A stretch of 64,000 nt of DNA from Eledone cirrhosa (Eukaryota). Under the pieces are notes generated by a model that ran no database searches, was not told where the DNA came from, and saw only the letters and a list, made by a program, of their open reading frames with translations. Each line of letters opens with the position of its first letter. Within the stretch, counting starts at the first letter, position 1. Below, one piece after another: positions 10,958-24,730 of the stretch. Where the stretch lies: the NCBI GenBank assembly GCA_964016885.1, contig OZ024743.1:29884001-29948000 (forward strand), in the 5' to 3' direction. A program made the translations under genes and the position numbers.

Positions 10958-13384
10958 TCGGTTTCAATAAATATGATAAAGGATGGTAATGGAATGACTT
11001 TTGCTAATGTTACATAAAAATGTTTTAGATCAAATTCACGCAGGATCGACTATATATCTGGACAAATAATTACCTTTCTTTTTAAACCATCACGAGTTCT
11101 GCTGAGAAGTCGACTGTCGTTGTGCGGGTTTTGAAACAAATGAGTTCTTCTACGATAAGAGTTTGCTGGAGAAGGAGGCGCAGTTAGTTGACTCCGACAG
11201 TGTTTCTTAAGGCACAACTTATCTGCCAGCCGTGATATTACTTCCAACCCGACTGCGTATGTCACTCCTGGAATCCTACTACCACATGAATGGTTTTCAT
11301 TTACCACCATTTATTCGCACAGAAATACTCGGACATTCGTGTAAAGTGATCAAGGCAGCAAGAAACTGACTTTCGTATCCACCAAAGACGTTTCGGAATG
11401 GAGAAACCCATGGCAATTCATATACACCCAAGCCTCAAATTAAAATGTTTTCATAGACACGTAATAGGAGGAATGTTTTTTTTTATTTACAAAAACTGAA
11501 ATATAGCTGTTGTAATTGTAATATTCAGAGAGTAAGAGCAATAGAAAATAAGAGATTAATGTATAGAAACAGAATACAATAGATTGTTGTTTCCTATTAG
11601 TAGTCAGTAGGTGCTTGTGTTCAACATGTGTGATATACCCGCGGATAGTGTGACACAAGTGGTTGCATTGTCTACAAGATTGATTTGTATTAGTTTTACT
11701 TGCCTTAATTCTCTCCAATAGAATAACAACTAGTTAAACAATATTTTCTGCTAAGTTAACGCCAGCACTAAATCAGGTGGTCTTGTTCCATTCCTATTAA
11801 ACCATTCGAGCATAACCACCTGGCTTCCATCGAGTGTAGATTTTGGTTTATGTAGAATTCATAATTAACAGCAGTACATGACTGAAATAGTAGAATTCCA
11901 GAGTAAATATAATGCAGCACTCAGACATATCCGTTTACATTCAGAGCACAAACTCCTCCAGGATCGTTGTTACCTTTAATATATTTTAGGTGAAATAAGA
12001 ACCGTTCTGGAATCAAAAGATCAAATATACGAGCTAGGATTCAAATCGAATCACGTCTCTCACGTCGATGTTGATTTTATCACAATAGTAACTAGAATAT
12101 TATCATTGTTGAAAAAAATCAAGAAATATGTAAAGTAAAAGTGTGTACAAATATATTCGACGTAGAAGAGATAACTTGAGTATAATCAAATTAATAAGAG
12201 AAATATAATTATATTTTCTCTTACTGTGTTATAATCATATTGTTCAAATTATCCAAAGTACAGAAGATTATTAATTATATTTGTTCTCAACTTGAACACA
12301 ATCAGTAGGAAATCTGTACCTTTAACACACTACTATCTTGTTCAACATTGTCCTAACATTAAACTTTATTTAGATCAGACTTCTTGTGTTCAGTTAGTAG
12401 TGAACATTACCTGACATATGTCATGTAAATAATCTGCTGATTATCTGTGTTGGGAAATACCTTTAGTGCACAGGTCAACTAAATCAATAATCTAACCTAA
12501 TCCAATCAGTATTAAGAGGCAATCTGAAGATAAGTTCCCAACATCGCTTGATATATATGCTTTTTAATGAGGAGATAATCAAATTAACCCTTCAGTATTT
12601 ATTCTAACTATATGACCTCTTCTTCTACACAGCAGCGATAGAAATGTTTGAAATACGAGTTCAGTAAAAGGATGAGTGTAAAATATCAAGAACAATTCAG
12701 ACTGATAAAGAGTGGGGGATGAATTCGCTTAAGAGAGTAATAGAATTGATTTGAAATAGAGGAAAAGATGTGTGTAAGAAACTTTTCGAGAGAAATACAG
12801 ATCAAGATTACTAAGTGACATAGTTTGCTAGAAAGACGTGTAGCACTGCTTAATTCAATTTGTGTCAGATACTTCATGACTAGTTTAAAATTCAACAGTT
12901 CAGTGCGTGTGTTGAAATACCATCAAGTATTCATTATTTGATTCCAAGTAGAATGTTTGTAAAATGAAGTAACTATTGGTATATATATATATATATATAT
13001 ATATATGTCTGTGTGTGTGTGTGTGTGTAAGTATATATATATACATTTTTGGATAGGTTCCTATACCTCATGCCTCTATTGTTAAAACGTGCGATTGGCG
13101 ATACGGTAAGAATCTTTTTTATACTTCTCACCATATGTCACTTTTGGTGGTCTTATTCGCGCCAAACTCCAACCTGGTACTTTCGAAAAACCGCGAAGCA
13201 GAATTATTGTAATTGACTTAAATTAATTTAAGATTAAATTCGGTGATATCCAGGGTGACAAGAGGGAAAATGTCAAAATTGAAGATTCGTGCATCGTTAC
13301 ATAGAATGTACTAATCATGGAATCATCATATAATGTAGTTTCCTACTATAAACGCCATCACTTTTTACGGGTCCTATACTAGTA

Positions 13385-13488
<104 letters not shown>

Positions 13489-13536
13489 TATGTATGTATA
13501 CGTACATACATATATGTATACAGACGTACAGTAGCA

Positions 13537-13608
<72 letters not shown>

Positions 13609-13762
13609 TACAGGTACACATACATATATGTACGCATCAGTTTAGCGGACGCTTATTATAGCGCCCGCTTTGTTCGTTTGTAAACAAACTGAACAGCCTG
13701 AATTTATGCCGCACGGTGTTAAGGCAACCACGTCACCTTTTTGTTCAACACTGACACAGGAA

Positions 13763-13803
13763 CGATGTACTAGTTTCAAGCTTGTTAGCTATCATCAGCA
13801 CCG
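13763..13803 (-). ncRNA. Minimal type I hammerhead, array copy 1
   Basis: cggtg CTGATGA t-agct-aaca-agct-t GAAA ctag TA catcg. Palindromic actagt stem III, GUA site. Confidence 0.8.
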
Positions 13804-14040
13804 GATACCCATCTGCCAGGTAGTTGAACGTTCGAAAGTATATACTTTCCTTATGAAAATTAACGGCTGAGCAGCCTAATTTGCATATCGAGTGAGTTAA
13901 ATCGGTCAGGCGCACCGAAAACGATGAGTTGTAATAAAATGAAAACGAAATTTCATTTATCACTCTTAGTACGGCACTTACTTAAATTTAAGTATGTATG
14001 TATACGTACATACATATATGTATACAGACGTACAGTAGCA

Positions 14041-14084
<44 letters not shown>

Positions 14085-14237
14085 TACAGGTACACATACA
14101 TATATGTACGCATCAGTTTAGCGCCCGCTTATTATAGCGCCCGCTTTGTTCGTTTGTAAACAAACTGAACAGCCTGAATTTATGCCGCACGGTGTTAAGG
14201 CAACCACGTCACCTTTTTGTTCAACACTGACACGGGA

Positions 14238-14280
14238 ACGATGTACTAGTTTCAAACTTGTTAGCTATCATCAGCACCGT
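14238..14280 (-). ncRNA. Minimal type I hammerhead, array copy 2
   Basis: acggtg CTGATGA tagctaacaagttt GAAA ctag TA catcgt. Confidence 0.8.
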
Positions 14281-14516
14281 ATACCCATCTGCCAGATAGT
14301 TGAACGTTCGAAAGTATATACTTTCCTTATGAAAATTAACGGCTGAGCAGCCTAATTTGCATATCGAGTGAGTTATATCGGTCAGGCGCACCAAAAACGA
14401 TGAGTTGTAATAAAATGAAAACGAAATTTCATTTCTCACTCTTAGTACGGCACTTACTTAAATTTAAGTATGTATGTATACGTACATACATATATGTATA
14501 AAGACGTACAGTAGCA

Positions 14517-14600
<84 letters not shown>

Positions 14601-14753
14601 TACAGGTACACATACATATATGTACGCATCAGTTTAGCACCCGCTTATTATAGCGCCCGCTTTGTTCGTTTGTAAACAAACTGAACAGCCTGAATTTATG
14701 CCGCACGGTGTTAAGGCAACCACGTCACCTTTTTGTTCAACACTGACACGGGA

Positions 14754-14796
14754 ACGATGTACTAGTTTCAAACTTGTTGGCTATCATCAGCACCGT
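14754..14796 (-). ncRNA. Minimal type I hammerhead, array copy 3
   Basis: Same as copy 2, with one stem II substitution. Confidence 0.75.
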
Positions 14797-15032
14797 ATAC
14801 CCATCTGCCAGATAGTTGAACGTTCGAAAGTATATACTTTCCTTATGAAAATTAACGGCTGAGCAGCCTAATTTGCATATCGAGTGAGTTAAATCGGTCA
14901 GGCGCACCAAAAACGATGAGTTGTAATAAAATGAAAACGAAATTTCATTTCTCACTCTTAGTACGGCACTTACTTAAATTTAAGTATGTATGTATACGTA
15001 CATACATATATGTATAAAGACGTACAGTAGCA

Positions 15033-15096
<64 letters not shown>

Positions 15097-15233
15097 TACA
15101 GGTACACATACATATATGTACGCATCAGTTTAGCGCCCGCTTTGTTCGTTTGTAAACAAACTGAACAGCCTGAATTTATGCCGCACGGTGTTAAGGCAAC
15201 CACGTCACCTTTTTGTTCAACACTGACACAGGA

Positions 15234-15276
15234 ACGATGTACTAGTTTCAAACTTGTTAGCTATCATCAGCACCGT
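15234..15276 (-). ncRNA. Minimal type I hammerhead, array copy 4
   Basis: Same as copy 2. Confidence 0.8.
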
Positions 15277-15514
15277 ATACCCATCTGCCAGATCGTTGAA
15301 CGTTCGAAAGTATATACTTTACTTATGAAAATTAACGGCTGAGCAGCCTAATTTGCATATCGAGTGAGTTAAATCGGTCAGGCTCACCGAAAACGATTAG
15401 TTGTAATAAAATGAAAACGAAATTTCATTTCTCACTCTTAGTACGGCACTTACTTAAATTTAAGTATGTATGTATACGTACATACATATATGTATACAGA
15501 CGTACAGTAGCATG

Positions 15515-15644
<130 letters not shown>

Positions 15645-15797
15645 TACAGGTACACATACATATATGTACGCATCAGTTTAGCGGACGCTTATTATAGCAC
15701 CCGATGTGTTCGTTTGTAAACAAACTGAACAGCCTGAATTTATGCCGCACGGTGTTAAGGCAACCACGTCACCTTTTTGTTCAACACTGACACAGGA

Positions 15798-15839
15798 ACG
15801 ATGTACTAGTTTCAAGCTTGTTAGCTATCATCAGCACGT
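15798..15839 (-). ncRNA. Minimal type I hammerhead, array copy 5
   Basis: Same core; 1-nt deletion in stem I. Confidence 0.75.
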
Positions 15840-16019
15840 ATACCCATCTGCCAGATAGTTGAACGTTCGAAAGTATATACTTTCCTTATGAAAATTAACG
15901 GCTGAGCAGCCTAATTTGCATATCGAGTGAGTTAAATCGGTCAGGTGCACCGAAAACGATGAGTTGTAATAAAACGAAAAGCCGCACTAAGAGTGAGAAA
16001 TGAAATTTCGTTTTCATTT

Positions 16020-16058
<39 letters not shown>

Positions 16059-16060
<2 letters not shown>

Positions 16061-16379
16061 AATTGGTGCTCTGAAATAGCGATATATATATGAATGTATA
16101 TATAGTGTATTTTGCAATACACTGTATGCTTAATTAAAAGCATTTCGAAGAACTTATGCTATTGTTTTAGAGTAGTGATAGTCTCACTTACTTTAATTTT
16201 CAGCAAACAGGGGAGATAAAGCTGACAGAGCTCTGTTTCGCATGTTTTTATGCTTATCAAAGCTAACTACTCCTCCTGTTTGCTGAAAATCATGTATGTT
16301 TGATTCTTATAGAATTCTAGTAAATAATCAGGAACTGATTATACAGAGCGGTTGCCGGTCAAGCAGAAATTGAAAATTA
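16059..16379 (-). mobile_element. One 320-bp monomer of the U3-A8 hammerhead element (family also at 55553-56085)
   Basis: Begins agaattggtgctc and ends gcagaaattgaaaatta. These ends are contiguous in the 55.8 kb copy. Confidence 0.85.
16196..16290 (-). ncRNA. Type I hammerhead with U3-A8 core and extended stem I
   Basis: ttttcagcaaacagg..agct TTGATAA gcat-aaaaac-atgc GAAA cagagctctg TC agct..cctgtttgctgaaaa (core 16220-16264). Confidence 0.8.
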
Positions 16380-16422
16380 TACTTGGTGTAAGTCAATTGC
16401 ATGAACTCATAATCCTTTATTT

Positions 16423-16476
16423 ACTCATATATATTTCGATGATAGCCATTGAATGACTATGACCTCATCAGGGAGT
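16423..16476 (-). ncRNA. Minimal type I hammerhead (related to the 56.6 kb family)
   Basis: actcc CTGATGA ggtcatagtcat-tca-atggctatcatc GAAA tata TA tgagt. Confidence 0.7.
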
Positions 16477-17599
16477 TAGTCAGTTCTTAGATATGCCAGC
16501 TCTGTGTTTATAGTGTTGATGGTCTCAGAGCCTTGGGACATATGAGCTTGTTAGGAATAATTTAATGTTGTCAGCAGGAATAGTCTTAATTCTCATTGGT
16601 CAGTTTGTAGATGCTAGTAGGGTTGGTATTTGACCTCAAAGAGGCAGGTGGTCTTGTAAAGTTCAAACTGTCAGGCAAGATAACAATAGATCCATATGAC
16701 TGATTTTCACGAAAAGCATTCCTGGTCAGATATATATTCAATTGAGGTTAATAGTATGAAATAGATACTACAGGTCATTCTTAAGTTGAGGAATTTATAA
16801 GGAGTGGTACTAGTGAAAATTATGGTTAGAGTAGAAGACTAGAAAATTTACAAATAACAACATTTACAAATAAAAAGACTTATGTAGGTTGACTTGCACA
16901 TACACTCACACCCACCTCCACCGACAGAGACACACATCCACACATACAAATTAAGGAATTAATGTGGGGTGGTAATACTGAAAATAATGGTTGGAGTCAA
17001 ATACTTAGAGAATTTAGAAATGTTAGAAATAAAAAGACTTATGTTGGTTGACTTGTACATACACTCACACCTACTCCCTCATACACACACACACATCTAC
17101 ACTCACAAATCCATACAGGTGTGTGTATATATATATGTACGCACAAGTGCTTATATATATACAACAGAGGCCCCCATATCCAAGTATAAGGCAGACATAA
17201 AACTAGGTGTGTGTTATTTTTAAAGAAAAGTAAAGTAGGTGTTTGGAAGAGTTATTGTTTAGACTAGACAAAAGTAGAGTGTTATATATATCTTCACAGC
17301 AATAGCTTGGGCGAGTCCCTTAGTACAGACATACATACCCACCCACACGTTTATACTTTTGGATGCGCGTGTATGTCTATATACACATGTGCACTCATAC
17401 AACAGAGCATATACAAACATACTCTTAAGCATACGCTCGAACATTTTTTAAATCCAACCTGGGGTATTGGTATTTCGTTGCGTTCACATGAGTGTGTACA
17501 TTCACGCAGTCCCAGTATACACACACAATGCACGGTTGCGGGCACTCATTTATGCGTATAGGGTTAGTACCTTGGGATAATTGTTCTTCCTGTGTGGGC

Positions 17600-18330
17600 C
17601 GCTCCCGGGGGGGGGGGGGGGGTCCTCAGGTTCAATAAACGTAGTTTTGTTGACTCCTAACCAGTAGAGGATCCGGTGGATATATATATAGAAGCTATCT
17701 GCTAGACATAGTCGGAGTTTCCCCAACAAAGATCCGTGTCTTTGGTACCGTAGATTTGGATGGAAGATAGTAATTTCACTATCCAGGCGTGGTGCCAGAA
17801 ATGACTGCACAGGTGGGTATGGGGATATTCACAATAGACCGGCTGTCAAAATGTGTTATGGACTTAATGCCATTAGGAGGGAAGATTTGGCTTTTGAATC
17901 TTATGTAGCAAACAAGGAGTCCGAATTCAGATCCTTGCTTGATGAAGTCACTGCAGCGTTAGTTGTAGTTAAGACTGAGTCATAAATACTGATGGGAGAT
18001 GACAATGCCCCTGTTGGCACTGACCACCTGGCATAGAAAGAAGTGATTGGAAGGAACGGTGATTCCGATCTAAATGCAAATGGAGAGGCATTATTAGTCT
18101 TCTGTTCTAGCAATGGACTCTCGATTGTGAACAACTTCTACCCGTACAGAGACATCAATAAATATACATGGTATAAGGGGAATCATGTACATAGATGTAA
18201 AATTGATTTTGTTTATATCTGTGATATATTCGATTCTATGGTGGATGTTCGTGTTAATCGAGGGGCTGAGCTGTCATCTGATCATTATCTAGATATTTGC
18301 AATTTCAGACCACATAAAACCAAAGAAAAC
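17600..18330 (+). mobile_element. Degenerate RTE-type LINE AP endonuclease fragment
   Basis: ILMGDDNAPVG..IGRNGDSDLNANGEALLVFC..KYTWY..IDFV..DVRVNRGAELSSDHYL. Confidence 0.8.
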
Positions 18331-18846
18331 CACACTACTGGATGGTCCAGGACGAAGTGGTGATTTTTCCCTTCAGCAGGTTCTTCTTCATGTTAAATAA
18401 TTCGGGCAGAGAGGCTTGGCGTGGAGCCGGATGTCAGATGGACCCCTTGGTTCAGTCAAGATGTCAATGATGCCAATCTGTGCGAAAAAGGAGCCCTTTA
18501 TATTGGAGAAGGCACTTTCACATTATTACAATAGTAGCACATACATGTTAAGTGAATGGAACTTTACAACAAATAAGCTCTCTTACAACATATTTAGCAC
18601 TGTTTTGCTCGATCTTTAATCTACGGATTTCCAACCATACACCGACCCACACACACATATATATATACACTCTGGCGTAAATGTGTCAATCCCCCCCCCC
18701 CCACATATATATATATATATATAGGAGGTGAGTTTTATTGTAGTACAATAAAGCAATGCAGATATCGGATAAGAAGCACTCTACAGTTTGTAGGACTGGA
18801 GTATGCATAATATAAGATCAAAAGATGGTTAAAGGAGTTCCATATA

Positions 18847-18913
18847 TTTTATTATGCGCATTTCAAAAACAAACATCATCATGCAATAATATTTGTGTTT
18901 TCATCAGATAAAA
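18847..18913 (-). ncRNA. Minimal type I hammerhead
   Basis: Exact reverse complement of 19039-19105. Confidence 0.85.
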
Positions 18914-19038
18914 CAGGAGAACATGATATGAAGGCTAAAAAACACTTGTGGATAGTGCAGTTTTAAATCAACATGACATGTTGATTTAACACTGCACTAT
19001 CCACAAGTGTTTTTTAGCCTTCATATCATGTTCTCCTG

Positions 19039-19105
19039 TTTTATCTGATGAAAACACAAATATTATTGCATGATGATGTTTGTTTTTGAAATGCGCATAA
19101 TAAAA
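19039..19105 (+). ncRNA. Minimal type I hammerhead
   Basis: ttttat CTGATGA aaac-acaaatattat-tgcatg-atgatgtttgt-tttt GAAA tgcgca TA ataaaa. Confidence 0.85.
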
Positions 19106-19137
19106 TATATGGAACTCCTTTAACCATCTTTTGATCT

Positions 19138-19265
<128 letters not shown>

Positions 19266-19358
19266 ATATATATACACACATACGTAAATTTGCCAGAATG
19301 TACATAATATCTAAATGAAAAGCGATCGATAAAAAAATGTCAGTCAGAGAACCAAATA

Positions 19359-19670
19359 TATATAGAACATCTTTGACAAAATCACAAAGGAGTAGATTAC
19401 TGTAGGAGCATCCATCCCTTGGGGTAAAAAAATGTATCTTTATTACAATTTCAAAGTCGAAAAGAATAACTGACAGCCATCATTAACAGAATGGACTTCT
19501 CTTCAGAGGATTCATTCTGTAAGGCTTTAGAAAATGAAAATGTATTTATATACCCGTTAGTTGAATTGTCTTCAGTTCTTCATTGAAGCAGCATAAAATG
19601 TTTATCCCAAGGGCGTGATGCCACTACAGTAATCTATCCCACTGTGATATTGTATAAGATGTTCTATATA
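19359..19670. mobile_element. Diverged MITE-like or foldback element, about 70-bp terminal inverted repeats
   Basis: tatagaacatctt..atcaca..tagattactgtag..cccttggg / cccaaggg..ctacagtaatcta..tgtgat..aagatgttctata. Confidence 0.6.
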
Positions 19671-20344
19671 TTCAAATTCTGAGCCTGTGGATTGATTCCT
19701 TTGTTCACAATTTGAAACTGCCCGCCAAAATCCCGGATGTAATTATTCCTCATTTCTTAAGTAAGAACAATTGACCCCACTGCTATAGCTCATACTGTAG
19801 TGATTAACACGGGTGCCATCACACCAAGTTGTTGGTATAGATAACGAAATGCGCGTTGAATATGTTAATCCGCATTCGATCTGAGGATACAGTACTGACT
19901 TGCATATCACGCAGTTTGGATTGTTAATTTAGGTTAACCAGAAAATTATCGAAGGTATTTTATATTCATCGATCAGTTCCAGGTCCGTATTAACCTGTTG
20001 TACTTTTGTTGTTGTAGTGACGTGTGTGGCATTCTTTACCTAGCCGCAGTTTTCAATTTGTCACACTTTTAACCTATATTTATTACTCTGAGATTTAATT
20101 TATCGATTTATCGATATCATCTTAATGAGTGTTTGCGGAAGCTTCTGAGGATTGCTCTTTCGAGAGATGCTGCAACTTCGATTTTACTCCATCCACTTTT
20201 CTAAAAAATAAATCATACACAAAACGCCAGCACCAACAGTTTTGCAACATATGTCAACCTGGATGGATCTGTTATTTTTAACTAAAGACATTTTTTTCAA
20301 TTCCAACCCACTCGTCCCCTTAATCTATCTTATTTCTCATTCTT

Positions 20345-20380
20345 TCTTCTGATGAAGGATTAGCGTCTGAATCGTTAAGA
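20345..20380 (+). ncRNA. Degenerate hammerhead remnant
   Basis: tctt CTGATGA aggattagcgtct GAAT cgtt aaga; GAAA is mutated. Confidence 0.35.
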
Positions 20381-20492
20381 CCCTGTTCCTGCTATATCAA
20401 GCGTTAACCTAATATATCCCTTTCATATACTGTAGCGATTGTGTTGTTATTTCTCTTTACCTTTTACATACATACATTCATACATACATACA

Positions 20493-21101
20493 TGGTGGCT
20501 GCCAACTCGTTTTCGAGTACGGCCACTACTTTATACCCATGTAGGAGAACCCCTACCGATGCGCTGAACGAGTGTGACTTTTTAGTCCAGCCAGCGACTT
20601 GAAAACTCTAGTACAAAGACTACACTTGTGACCATTATTGACATATAGTGCAGGGCCCATGGTACCATGTGATGACAAGTGCAGAGAGATATCCAGATAC
20701 AAAGCAATGCCTGTGCCGTGAAGCTTTTATAGTGAGCAAAGGCACTGCACAAAGCCAGTCCCACTCTCTTAACCAAGATGATATTTACCAAAAAGAAGAA
20801 CAAGTCAACATCATTGGATACCATCAGGGTTGCAGGTGTTATATCAGAGTTTTCCTTCTCCTAGAATTCTGCCTTGACAAAGGCTAAGGGGTCATCTCTC
20901 CCGGTGATTTTGGATGGCCATTGACTCTTAAGAGCTCCCTTGCCCTTTGACAGGTTTTGTTTTTAGTCCTGCAGGATGTCCAAAGTCACCCTCCTCACCA
21001 AGAAACCTTGGTGGGGTTGCCAGTTTAGTCGCCAAGGACCCGACCATGAGGCAGGTTGTACTGGGATACATGTTACCAGTAGCACCAACTGGTGACCTGA
21101 C
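20493..21101 (-). mobile_element. About 610-bp non-coding interspersed element, probably RTE-derived and non-autonomous; copy 1
   Basis: Highly similar to 54146-54753. Contains ctaggagaaggaaaactctga, which resembles RTE 5' regions. Terminal stem-loop at 20493-20527. Sits in (CATA)n. Confidence 0.7.
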
Positions 21102-21150
21102 ATACATACATACATACATACATACATACATACATACATACATACATACA

Positions 21151-21183
<33 letters not shown>

Positions 21184-21997
21184 CCATATATATGACTGTA
21201 TGTGTGAGTTGGTTACTGTGCATATGCCTGCGTCTATGTGTAGGCATGAGTAAGAGAGAAAAAGACAGTAACTCCTTCGTTCTATTTAGAGTATAAACTA
21301 AAACTGACATGATTACATATCCTAGAATACGACGAGTTTTCTACTCAGGCAGATATATCCCTTTAGATTTATAAATATCAAACGGGAAAACAATTACAGC
21401 ATCAACAATTCTATAACCTGCCTAAGTGAGAAGACGACATATAATCGAATGTTAATAATAATTTAAATAGTTTATTAATGTATATTTTATTACGTAACTT
21501 TACATTTTCACGTAACGTAATATTTTTTTTATGAAACGAAATTGGATATTGTTGATGATTAGAATATATAAGCATGGTAACTCTTCGTCACACAATTTGG
21601 TAAACTTAGCTAGGAAGTATTAGTAATGATTATTAATATTGATATCATAATCCAATTTCCTTCGCTACACGTATCGTAATTATTAAAATCATCATTAACA
21701 TCACCATGCCACTCATTATCTTAATAAAAATCTATGTAATTTTTGTGGTGATGATCATCATGTTGATGATACTTATGATGATATTCATGATTATCATGTA
21801 AATGATGGTGTATATGATCTTAATACTCATGTAAATTAGATAACGATGTTATCAATGGGCTTTTGATTATGACGGTGGCGGTGATGATGATAACAACAAG
21901 ATTTAGGATGAAAGAGAGGCGAAGCTGCTGATGAAGGGATTATCGTTGAAAGATGTAATAGTTGACAGAATAATCAATAACGGTTTCACTTAAAATA

Positions 21998-22177
21998 TAA
22001 TTGTTTCTACTTTTGGCACAAGGCCAGTAATTACACAGTTCATTACTGGTACTTTATTTTATCGACCCCGTAAGGCAAAGTTAACCTCGGCAGCATTTGA
22101 ACTCAGAATGGCAAAGGCCGTAACTCTATGCGTCAAAGCATGGTGTCCGACCCTCTACTGATACTGCCAATCTACCT
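21998..22177 (-). mobile_element. tRNA-derived SINE
   Basis: Same family as 10768-10957. Confidence 0.85.
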
Positions 22178-23454
22178 AAAATATAATGAAGGTGAAGATG
22201 CTGAGGTTTCTTTTATTTTATTGGTGGTTGTAAGTGGGGCAGGACTCCTGATCTTTCAAACTTTTGTTGAATAAACGTGATGATATAGTTGATGTTGATG
22301 ATGATGGACTGTGACTCCAAATATATACTTACTGTAGCACAAGGAGGCATCTAAAATATTTCTGGTTCAAATATCAGTAGTACAAACGGGATTACCGAGC
22401 CTGCTAGAAATAGCAGAAACATATTCTTCAAACGTTATTATATAAAACTAGAAAGCAGTTTACTTCCAGTTACTAAGTTCTAGAAGTTATTCTGTTCCAC
22501 AAGAAGGGGATGACCATAGGTAGAGTGTCGTTGATCACTGCTCTCTTCCAGAAACGTTCGGTTAAAAGCACACCATATCCACTTTTCAGTAACACTTATT
22601 TAGCAGATTATATAAAATTAAAAACAGAGTAACGGCATATTATTTACCATCTTTGTTAATAGTGTTAAACTTGATCCAGGAAAAGGAATATTTAAAAGAT
22701 CTTCAAGAATTTAGTATAAACTTTTAAACACATTTTATTGTCACACATCGTGTAGGAATAAAGTTTTATTAAGTCATTATCTGTTTATTCATTTAAACAT
22801 GGTGGAACGTGCATACATATGTGAACGGATATAGATGCAAAAACAAAAAGAACTGGTTGAGATCAAGCAGGATTCCTAGTTGATTTCTCACTCTATAAAT
22901 CAAATTTAGATGCGAACAAACAATCGTAACACATATAGTACGTGTGAAATCCATACGATGATTGAAAATGCATGCGAGAAATGATTATACAAATATAGAG
23001 TTAAATAAAGTGGTGCGTTATATAATGCACTCTATTATAATTAATGGAATTAAATCACTTCGGTAATAACGTTTAACATCATATATAATAAAAATAATTG
23101 CAGATGCACTTCGATATATAATATGGAGCTTCAGTGTTCCATCACAAATAAAGCTATATCGTCAGAGAATGCCTGGATTATAAAGAGAGGATACAATTAT
23201 AAAGAGTGGATACAATTAATTAACCTTTATAAATATATATCTTAATTGATGATTTCACAATTCAACGGTTATATATATATATTGCGTCTGTGTGAGTATG
23301 CGGGTTCGTATGTAGGGTGTGTGTATATGTGTACTTTGTGTTTTGGTTGACGTAAGTCTCCGAACATCTGTGTATTAACATGTAGGTATGTGTGTACGCT
23401 TGTTATATACGTATTTATTTATTTATTTATATACGTTTATTTAATTATATGTAT

Positions 23455-23514
<60 letters not shown>

Positions 23515-23687
23515 TATATATATATTTTTATGTGTATAGGAACTATTATAGGCACATGATTTACGTGTGTTGTATTGAAGCAAATAACTATGTGTATAAT
23601 CTGGGATTGTATCCTACATAACCTATTGAGTACGCTGAGATACAACCGGTACTGGCATTGATAAATATGCTGGGTTCGTCAACTCCT

Positions 23688-23768
<81 letters not shown>

Positions 23769-23998
23769 ACAGTTGAATTGTGAAATCATCAATTAATTAT
23801 ATATACATATTGGATATCAATCTAAACCCTTATTATTATATAGATATGCAAAACATTTATATATGTATGTTGAGAATTGATAAATGAGATTTTTTAAAAA
23901 ATATATTTATGAAAGGTATGAAATTTGTTGTAGCTTTGACAATATCTATCTGAGTTCCCTCAGATTTGTTTCTTTTACCACTATATTTGCATATTGAT

Positions 23999-24060
<62 letters not shown>

Positions 24061-24067
24061 ACACATA

Positions 24068-24146
<79 letters not shown>

Positions 24147-24730
24147 GATCAACATAACTGCCAACAGTCGGTGGAGAGCCCACCAAAGAGGTTAAGTCAT
24201 TTGTCTACGTTGGATGTGTTAGAGCAGTATATTATTATTATCATACATAATTAAAACTAACATTTTAATTATGTTTAATATAATATATATAAATTTTAAT
24301 TATGTATATTATAAATACTGCTCCTAAAAAATCGTGTGCTGATTGGGCAGCCCGTATTGACTGCTATTTCTAATGACGTTTTAATCTGGAATTTTCTCCA
24401 TGTTTACAAATATTTCCTTGTAGATTTACGCATACGTGAAATAGTATTATTGAAGATTTTTGTTGCACCGTGTTGGATCGATAAGAGATGACAAAATTTT
24501 CCTCAGGAGGTATTTATATTTTTCTTATATCTTACAGAAATCGCCAGATAATGATGGCCACCTCAATCTATTGAAATGGTCAGATATATTATTCATTTCC
24601 GATACTGTCATCAAATTGCAGTTAGGTATTTTTGGTCAGGGTTCCTATATTTCGGTCGCTTGTTTGTAAGTATATAACAGTGACCCTGACCACCAAGGCA
24701 AGTGCCCTCTCCCAGTTGTCCACCTTTAAT

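Noticed and set aside
11050-11430. Higher-complexity segment with an 86-aa minus ORF ending at a donor-like site
   Set aside because: No recognisable homology; cannot support a CDS.
13230-13383. Helitron-like 3' end (acgggtcctatactagt)
   Set aside because: No clear subterminal hairpin or second copy; insufficient.
13670-15342. Repeated 66-aa and 72-aa ORFs in the tandem array
   Set aside because: TTG starts or frameshift in copy 5, no recognisable domain; the repetition simply follows the DNA repeat.
20940-21100. HDV-like, twister or pistol fold at the 5' end of the 610-bp element
   Set aside because: Only partial pairings found (ggtcacc/ggtgact, ccagt/actgg, ctaa); no complete topology consistent in both copies.
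21920-21960. ctgatga...gaaa matches here and at about 23130-23165, 46526 and 59777
   Set aside because: Stems I-III do not pair convincingly; likely chance.
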